The notes under the pieces: model-generated
Databases searched by the model: none
Told to the model about the DNA's origin: nothing
What the model saw: the letters and a program-made list of their open reading frames with translations, nothing else
NCBI GenBank assembly: GCA_041390685.1
Contig: JAWKPL010000001.1
Location: forward strand, 73,784 to 137,783
Direction: 5' to 3'
Origin: Dehalococcoidia bacterium
GTDB taxonomy: Bacteria; Chloroflexota; Dehalococcoidia; UBA2979
Length of the DNA: 64,000 nucleotides
Shown here: positions 58,194 through 64,000 of the stretch, in pieces
Numbering within the stretch: the stretch's first letter is position 1
How the letters are laid out: the number at the start of each line of letters is the position of its first letter
Translations under genes and position numbers: made by a program

Positions 58194-59939
58194 TTGCCCG
58201 AGTCCAGGCCGAACCACCTGACCTGGCGCCTGATCGTGCTCACCTGCCTCGTCGGCATGGCGATGGTCGCGCTCCTCGTGCGTCTGGCGATGATCCAGAT
58301 CGTCAACCACGAACGGTACGTCGAGGAGGCCGCCGCCACGCATCTGGGGGTCGCGGACCTCCCGGCTCCTCGCGGCGCGATTCTCGACGCATCCGGCTTC
58401 CCGCTCGCGACATCCGAGGACACCTGGGACGTGTACATCGACCGATTCCTGTGGGGCCAGGATCCGGCCCAGGCGGCCGACGCCGCGAAGGGCCTGGCCG
58501 CCGCGCTCGGAAGCGACGAACAGGCACTGATCGAGCTTGGTATGGATGGGGGTGCAGGCGACGTCGTCGTGCAGCGGCAACTTCCGTACGAGGCCGGCAT
58601 CGAGTTGGAGTCGAGAGATCTGTGGGGCATCCGGCTGTTGCCTTCCGCCCGGCGGGTGTACCCGGAGGGCGGGCTGGCGAGCTCGATCGTCGGATTCGTG
58701 GGCCTCGAGGGCCGCGGCCTCTGGGGCGTGGAGGCGGACTTCGATGGTGTCCTGCAGGGCAGACCAGGCCTGATCGGTTCCGAGCGCGACGCACTGGGAC
58801 GACCGATTTCGTTCGGGGGCCGGACGGAACGCGATCCCGTACCGGGCGGAGATGTCACCCTCACGATTGACCGCTTCATCCAGTCGATCGCGGAGCAGCG
58901 GCTGAAGGAGGCGGTTGGGCGGTACAACGCCCGCGGCGGGAGCATCGTGGTGATGGACCCGCACACCGGTGCCATCCTTGCGATGGCCTCAGTCCCATCG
59001 GTGGGTCAGTCGGGGATCGACCTGGATGACCCACAGCTGCTCGACGAAGTCCGCAACCGAGCGATTGCAGACCTCTACGAGCCGGGGTCGGTCATCAAGA
59101 CGTTAACCACGGCCAGCGCCCTCGACCTCGGTCGCGTGACGCCCGAAACGACGTACGTCGATACGGGCGAGGTCCAGATCGGCGACGCGATCATCAAGAA
59201 CTGGGACTTCTCTGCGAACGGCCCGACTAACGTTCGCGAGTACCTGCAGAAGTCCTTGAACACCGGCTCCGTCTGGCTTTCGCAGCTCGTCGGCGCGAAG
59301 GACTTCTACCGGTACCTGCAGGCGTTCGGACTGGGCGAGCCGACGCACGTGGGACTCTCCGGAGAGGCCGAAGGCCTCATCCGTCTGCCCAGCGACCAGG
59401 ACTGGTACCCCGTGGACCTCGCGACGAACTCATATGGCCAGGGGTTCGCCGCGACGCCGATCCAGGTGCTCACCGCCGTGAACGTATTCGCGAACGGCGG
59501 CCGCCTTATGCGGCCCTACATCGTCTCGCAGGTGGCGAACCAGGATAGCGTGCGGCACTTCGAGCCTGTCGAAGTGCGCCGACCGGTGTCCGCCTCAACG
59601 GCCGAGACGATGGGGAGGCTCATGTACGACGTGGTGGAAGGCGTCGAGTATCACGGCGCGCGCGTCCCCGGCTACAACGTTGCAGGCAAGACCGGCACTA
59701 CCCTGGTCTCGATCCCGACAGGGTACGATCTCGACGGCACCATCGCGTCATTCGCCGGGTTCCTGCCATACGAGCAGCCGCGTGTATCGATCCTGGTCAA
59801 GATCGACCAGCCTAGCGGCGGATTAAACCTCGGCGGGCAGGTGGCCGCGCCTGTGTTCGCAGGGGTGGCGAGCGACATCATGAAGTACCTTCGAGTACCC
59901 GCCAGCCGGCCCGGTGAGCTCCAGACGGCTGCCCAGTGA
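58194..59939 (+). CDS. ftsI: peptidoglycan D,D-transpeptidase (class B PBP, FtsI-like)
   Basis: 'SVIKTLT' (SxxK), 'SLNTGS' (SxN) and 'KTGT' motifs. TTG start. Confidence 0.9.
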   Translation: MPESRPNHLTWRLIVLTCLVGMAMVALLVRLAMIQIVNHERYVEEAAATHLGVADLPAPRGAILDASGFPLATSEDTWDVYIDRFLWGQDPAQAADAAKGLAAALGSDEQALIELGMDGGAGDVVVQRQLPYEAGIELESRDLWGIRLLPSARRVYPEGGLASSIVGFVGLEGRGLWGVEADFDGVLQGRPGLIGSERDALGRPISFGGRTERDPVPGGDVTLTIDRFIQSIAEQRLKEAVGRYNARGGSIVVMDPHTGAILAMASVPSVGQSGIDLDDPQLLDEVRNRAIADLYEPGSVIKTLTTASALDLGRVTPETTYVDTGEVQIGDAIIKNWDFSANGPTNVREYLQKSLNTGSVWLSQLVGAKDFYRYLQAFGLGEPTHVGLSGEAEGLIRLPSDQDWYPVDLATNSYGQGFAATPIQVLTAVNVFANGGRLMRPYIVSQVANQDSVRHFEPVEVRRPVSASTAETMGRLMYDVVEGVEYHGARVPGYNVAGKTGTTLVSIPTGYDLDGTIASFAGFLPYEQPRVSILVKIDQPSGGLNLGGQVAAPVFAGVASDIMKYLRVPASRPGELQTAAQ

Positions 59940-61333
59940 CCAGCGTACCCACCCTCGACACATCGTTCGTCGCCGCCGCGCTCGGAGACCTGCTGATCGA
60001 GCACGCGGGACCTCGGGTGCGGTTCCGCCGGGCAGTGATCGACTCGCGAGAGGCCGGCGACGGCGACCTGTTCGTCGCGCTCCAGGGGACGCGCGTGGAC
60101 GGGCATCAGTACGCGACCGCTGCGGTGGAACGTGGCGCTCGCGGCGTTCTCGCTCGGGAGCCACTCGACCTCCGCCCAGACATCGCCCTCTTCGTCGTGT
60201 CTGACCCGCTGGCCGCGTTGCAGCGCATCGCGGTCGCATGGCGCGATGCGCTCGACCGGCTGCAGGTGGTGGGAGTGACGGGCAACGTCGGGAAGTCGAC
60301 GACGAAGCTGATCACGGCCGCGCTGCTGCGAAGTCGCTACCGCGTCCAGGCCGAGGCCCAGAACTACAACAACGAGATCGGAGTCCCCCTCTGCCTGCTC
60401 CGGCTGCGGCCCGAGACTGAACGAGCAGTCATCGAGATGGGGATGTACACGACGGGCGAGATCGCGCTGCTGTGCACCTGGGCCCGACCTCAGATTGGAA
60501 TCGTCCTGAACGTCGGGCCTGTGCACCTCGAACGTGCAGGGTCGATGGAGGCGATCGCGCGTGCGAAGCGCGAGCTGGTCGAATCCCTGCCTCGGGACGG
60601 GCACGCAATTCTCAACGTTGATGACGAGCGGGTACGGGCCATGGTCGGCCACACCCGCGCGCGGGTATGGACTGTCGGTACTTCCCCGACGCCTGACGTG
60701 TACTCCGCTGATCTCGAGAGCCGAGGGGCGGATGGGTTCTTCTTCACTCTGCACGCCGTCGGCCGTTCGCGGCGGGTGCACGTGCCGTTGCCCGGCGCCC
60801 ACCTCGTGACGAACGTCCTGGCTTCAGCAGCCGCGGCGCTGGCAGATGGAGTCGAGTTCGACGCCGTCTGCGAGTCCATCGAGCGGCTCGACGTGCCCAC
60901 GCGGCTCGCGATCCGGCGGAGCACTCACGGATTCACGGTGCTGGACGACACGTACAACGCAAGCCCGGTGGCGACGCTCGCGGCACTCGACCTGCTCGGA
61001 GAAACGCCGGGCCGCCGCATCGCGGTTCTCGGCGACATGCTTGAGCTCGGAGACCTGTCCGCGGTGGAGCATGAGCGCGTCGGACGGCGCGCCGCGGAGG
61101 TTGCCGATGTCCTGCTCACGATTGGATCGCACGCGAGGGGGATCAACGAAGCGGCGGCGCGAGCCGGGATCGCCGAGACGTATCACTTCGGGAGTAAGGA
61201 GGAGATAGCAGCGGCGGTCCGTGCCCTCGTCGCACCCGGCGACGTTGTGCTCGTGAAGGCGTCGCGCGCGCTGGCACTCGAATCGGTCGTGGCGGAGTTA
61301 CTCGCCTCAGACGATGGGGCGCCGTCAACATGA
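59936..61333 (+). CDS. murF: UDP-N-acetylmuramoyl-tripeptide--D-alanyl-D-alanine ligase
   Basis: 'VTGNVGKSTTK', 'NNEIGVPL' and 'DDTYNASPVA' are MurF-type motifs. There is no MurE 'DNPR' motif. Confidence 0.85.
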   Translation: MTSVPTLDTSFVAAALGDLLIEHAGPRVRFRRAVIDSREAGDGDLFVALQGTRVDGHQYATAAVERGARGVLAREPLDLRPDIALFVVSDPLAALQRIAVAWRDALDRLQVVGVTGNVGKSTTKLITAALLRSRYRVQAEAQNYNNEIGVPLCLLRLRPETERAVIEMGMYTTGEIALLCTWARPQIGIVLNVGPVHLERAGSMEAIARAKRELVESLPRDGHAILNVDDERVRAMVGHTRARVWTVGTSPTPDVYSADLESRGADGFFFTLHAVGRSRRVHVPLPGAHLVTNVLASAAAALADGVEFDAVCESIERLDVPTRLAIRRSTHGFTVLDDTYNASPVATLAALDLLGETPGRRIAVLGDMLELGDLSAVEHERVGRRAAEVADVLLTIGSHARGINEAAARAGIAETYHFGSKEEIAAAVRALVAPGDVVLVKASRALALESVVAELLASDDGAPST

Positions 61334-62289
61334 CGCATGCGCTGCTTTCCGGGGGCGCCGCGTTCCTGATCGCCCTCGTCGCCGGGACGCAGGTCGTGCC
61401 GTGGCTGAGGCGCCGCAAACTCGGCAAAGCCATCTCCGAAGAAGGCCCGTCCTCGCATCTCACCAAGGCAGGGACGCCAACGATGGGCGGGCTGCTCATC
61501 TTCGGCACGGTGGTGGTTGTGACGTTGTTCTCCAACCCGGTCGAGCATCCGGCCGTCCTCCTTCCGCTGGGCGTCGCCGGCGCGGCGTTGGCCATCGGTG
61601 CATACGACGACCTCGGGACGCTGGTAGGCGGTACGCAGCGCAAGCTGAGCTGGCGCGTGAAGTTCGTGTTGCTCTTCGGTCTGTCTGTTGCCGTCGCGAG
61701 TGTCCTCTACTTCGGGATGGACCGCGGGCGCATGCATATTCCGTGGGCGGGCGTCCACGACATTGGGTACGCGTACCTGCCGATCGCCGTCGCCATCGTC
61801 TTCCTGATGACTCCTGCAACCGCCATCACGGACGGGCTCGATGGCCTGCTCGGTGGAACGGGCGCGGTCGCGTACGCCGCATACGGCGCGCTCGCACTGA
61901 CGCAAGGTGACTACTACCTGGGAGGATTCCTGTTCGCGATGGTCGGGGCGTTGCTCGGGTTCCTCTGGTACAACGCCCACCCTGCAGCAGTGTTCATGGG
62001 AGATGCCGGCGCGCTCCCGGTTGGGGCGGTACTCGCGACCGCCGCCCTGATGACCGAACACTGGCTCATCCTGCCCCTGATTGGCCTCGTATTCGTCATC
62101 GAGGCGGCGTCGACGGTGATTCAGATCGCCCACTTCAAGGCGACCGGCGGGCGGCGGTTGTTCCGCATGACGCCGGTACATCACCACTTCGAGCTGATCG
62201 GGTGGAGTGAGCCACAGGTCGTGATGCGCTTCTGGTTGTTGGGCGGCGCAGCGGCACTGGCCGGCGTCGGTCTGGCACTTGCGGTGTGA
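61330..62289 (+). CDS. mraY: phospho-N-acetylmuramoyl-pentapeptide-transferase
   Basis: 'KAGTPTMGG', 'DDL' and 'DGLDGL' motifs across ten TM segments. ATGA overlap with murF. Confidence 0.95.
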   Translation: MTHALLSGGAAFLIALVAGTQVVPWLRRRKLGKAISEEGPSSHLTKAGTPTMGGLLIFGTVVVVTLFSNPVEHPAVLLPLGVAGAALAIGAYDDLGTLVGGTQRKLSWRVKFVLLFGLSVAVASVLYFGMDRGRMHIPWAGVHDIGYAYLPIAVAIVFLMTPATAITDGLDGLLGGTGAVAYAAYGALALTQGDYYLGGFLFAMVGALLGFLWYNAHPAAVFMGDAGALPVGAVLATAALMTEHWLILPLIGLVFVIEAASTVIQIAHFKATGGRRLFRMTPVHHHFELIGWSEPQVVMRFWLLGGAAALAGVGLALAV

Positions 62290-62295
62290 TGCGCT

Positions 62296-63702
62296 GTGGA
62301 TAAGAATGGCTCAATTGCTTTCTCCTATAAGCCGAACTTCGGAGGGGCGCGCGTTACTGTGATCGGCCTCGGTATCGAAGGCATCGATCTGGTGCACTTC
62401 CTTGCAGCGCAAGGTGCACACGTCACCGTGTCCGACGCGCGGCCGGCCGAGGCCCTCGGCAACGCCCTCGCCGCGATCGCGGATGTGGACGCCACCCTCT
62501 CGCTCGGCGCGAACCGTCCCGAGGACACGCGCGACGCCGACTGCGTGTTCATTTCGCAAGGAGTCCCGCGCGACCTGCCGGCGATCGAGGCCGCGCGCGC
62601 TGCGGGAGTGCCACTGTCGTCGATGGCGCAGCTCTTCTTTGACCTGTGCCCTGCACCGGTTGCTGCAGTCACCGGCTCCTCGGGAAAGACGACGACGACC
62701 GCGCTCGTTGGCGCGATGCTCGGCGCCTCGGACGTCGATTATGTCGTTGGTGGTAACATCGGCGTGGGCCTGCTCGGATTGCTCGACCACATCGAGCCCC
62801 AAACGAAAGTCATGATCGAGCTGTCCCACACGCAGCTTGAATCAATGGAGCGCAGCCCCCACCTCGCCTGCGTGACGAATGTCACCCCGAACCACCTCGA
62901 TCGGTACTCATGGACCGCCTACGTAGCGCTCAAGCGGCGCATCTTCCAGTTCCAGACGGCCGAAGACACGTGTGTCTTCAACCTCGACAACGAGGTGTCA
63001 GCGGCTTTCTCGCGTGAGGCGCCCGGTCGAGTGGCCTATACGTCAGCGACACGGCCGCTCCCGGGCGATGGAGTGGCGCTGCTTGGAGACACGGTCACCC
63101 GGTTCGACGCCGGCCAGGCGTTCGCCGTGCTGCCTCGCCGTGACATCCAGCTGCGCGGCTCGCATAACGTCGAGAACGTGCTCTCCGCTGTGGCGCTGGC
63201 GAGCCGTCTCGGCGTGTCCGATCCCGTTGCGGCACGGGCGATCCGGGCATTCACCGGCGTGCCCCACCGGCTCGAACCGGTCGCCACGATCAATGGCGCC
63301 GACTACGTGAACGATTCCATCGCGACAACGCCTGAGCGCACGCTCGCGGGGATGCGCTCGTTCGAGCAACCGCTCGTGTTGATCCTCGGCGGCCGGCACA
63401 AGTACTTGCCAGTGGGCGAGCTCGCAGGAGAGGCGGTCCGCCGCTGCCGCGCCGTGATCGCGTTCGGCGAGGCCGGGGAGATGTTCGCTTCCGCTGTGCG
63501 AGACGCCTCGGGATCTGCGTCGTTGCCTATCGAGCAGGTTCAGGACGTGGATGCAGCCGTGTCCGCTGCCAGCCGCTACGCGCGGCCGGGCGATGCGGTG
63601 CTCTTCGCGCCGGCGGGAAGCTCGTTTGATGCGTATCCGAACTTCGAGCGCCGTGGCGAGGCGTTTCGCGAGGCCGTGCGGCGGCTGGAAGGCGGCGCCT
63701 GA
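62296..63702 (+). CDS. murD: UDP-N-acetylmuramoylalanine--D-glutamate ligase
   Basis: Rossmann 'VIGLGIEG' and 'VTGSSGKTTTT'. It sits at the conserved dcw position. Confidence 0.9.
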   Translation: MDKNGSIAFSYKPNFGGARVTVIGLGIEGIDLVHFLAAQGAHVTVSDARPAEALGNALAAIADVDATLSLGANRPEDTRDADCVFISQGVPRDLPAIEAARAAGVPLSSMAQLFFDLCPAPVAAVTGSSGKTTTTALVGAMLGASDVDYVVGGNIGVGLLGLLDHIEPQTKVMIELSHTQLESMERSPHLACVTNVTPNHLDRYSWTAYVALKRRIFQFQTAEDTCVFNLDNEVSAAFSREAPGRVAYTSATRPLPGDGVALLGDTVTRFDAGQAFAVLPRRDIQLRGSHNVENVLSAVALASRLGVSDPVAARAIRAFTGVPHRLEPVATINGADYVNDSIATTPERTLAGMRSFEQPLVLILGGRHKYLPVGELAGEAVRRCRAVIAFGEAGEMFASAVRDASGSASLPIEQVQDVDAAVSAASRYARPGDAVLFAPAGSSFDAYPNFERRGEAFREAVRRLEGGA

Positions 63703-64000
63703 TGGCACGCCGCGTCGCCGAATACACCGTGCGACGGCACGGACCCGACTACTTGCTACTCGCCGTGCTCACGGTACTGCTCGTCATCGGCCTGATCGCG
63801 GTGTACTCGTCGTCGTACGCGCTCGGATACGCCGAGTACGGCGACCCCAACTACTTCATCAAGAAGCAGGTCTTCTTCACGGCTCTGGGGCTCATCGGGA
63901 TGTTCATCGCGATGAACATCGACTACCGGCTTCTCATGCGTCTCAGTCCGCTGCTGATGCTCGGCGCACTCATCGGGCTGGCGGCCGCGCTGCTTCCCGG
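63702..64000 (+). CDS. ftsW: SEDS-family peptidoglycan glycosyltransferase FtsW (3'-truncated)
   Basis: The N-terminal TM region 'LLLAVLTVLLVIGLIAVYSSS' follows murD, as usual. The ATG overlaps the murD stop. Confidence 0.8.
   Translation, partial: MARRVAEYTVRRHGPDYLLLAVLTVLLVIGLIAVYSSSYALGYAEYGDPNYFIKKQVFFTALGLIGMFIAMNIDYRLLMRLSPLLMLGALIGLAAALLP

Noticed and set aside
1-64000. CRISPR arrays, transposases, integrases and prophage genes
   Set aside because: No regularly spaced direct repeats, IS terminal inverted repeats, or recombinase/transposase motifs were seen anywhere in the window.

Overview
This is a high-GC (~70%) bacterial chromosomal window, dense with housekeeping genes on both strands. 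Recognisable landmarks:
- cobalamin-independent methionine synthase metE
- gltBD glutamate synthase operon
- a relA/spoT (p)ppGpp enzyme divergent from hisS
- a tRNA-Ser(UGA)
- fabF and thyX
- a MacB/FtsX-type ABC transporter
- an OmpR/HK two-component pair with a divergent PepSY gene
- a CobB sirtuin
- at the 3' end, the start of a division/cell-wall (dcw) cluster: mraZ-rsmH-ftsL-ftsI-murF-mraY-murD-ftsW, with no murE between ftsI and murF

The main anomaly is a ~3.7 kb lower-GC segment (about 47-60% GC by eye, against ~70% in the flanks) at roughly 8.1-11.9 kb. It sits between a DUF4389 gene and metE and carries only two tightly linked minus-strand genes:
- a 325-aa AAA+ ATPase with Walker A GPPGNGKT, Walker B FFDEFD and sensor TATN
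- an 856-aa subtilisin-like S8 serine peptidase with motifs HGT, AGNHD and GTSNAA, plus large uncharacterised N- and C-terminal extensions

This architecture matches the ietAS-type (ATPase plus S8 protease) anti-phage module whose mechanism is uncharacterised. It is preceded by a G-quadruplex-prone G/C-tract.

Other features worth a second look:
- an 11-bp-phased direct/inverted repeat array in the two-component/PepSY divergent promoter
- an AT-rich convergent intergenic island with a perfect 18-bp palindrome
- two pairs of tandem paralogous secreted/lipoproteins, one fused to a CAP domain next to the FtsX-type ABC system
- a strongly ribosome-binding-site-driven 51-aa hydrophobic peptide downstream of a long structured leader

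No CRISPR array, transposase or integrase was seen. Many long ORFs in the six-frame track are alternative-frame artefacts typical of high-GC DNA.
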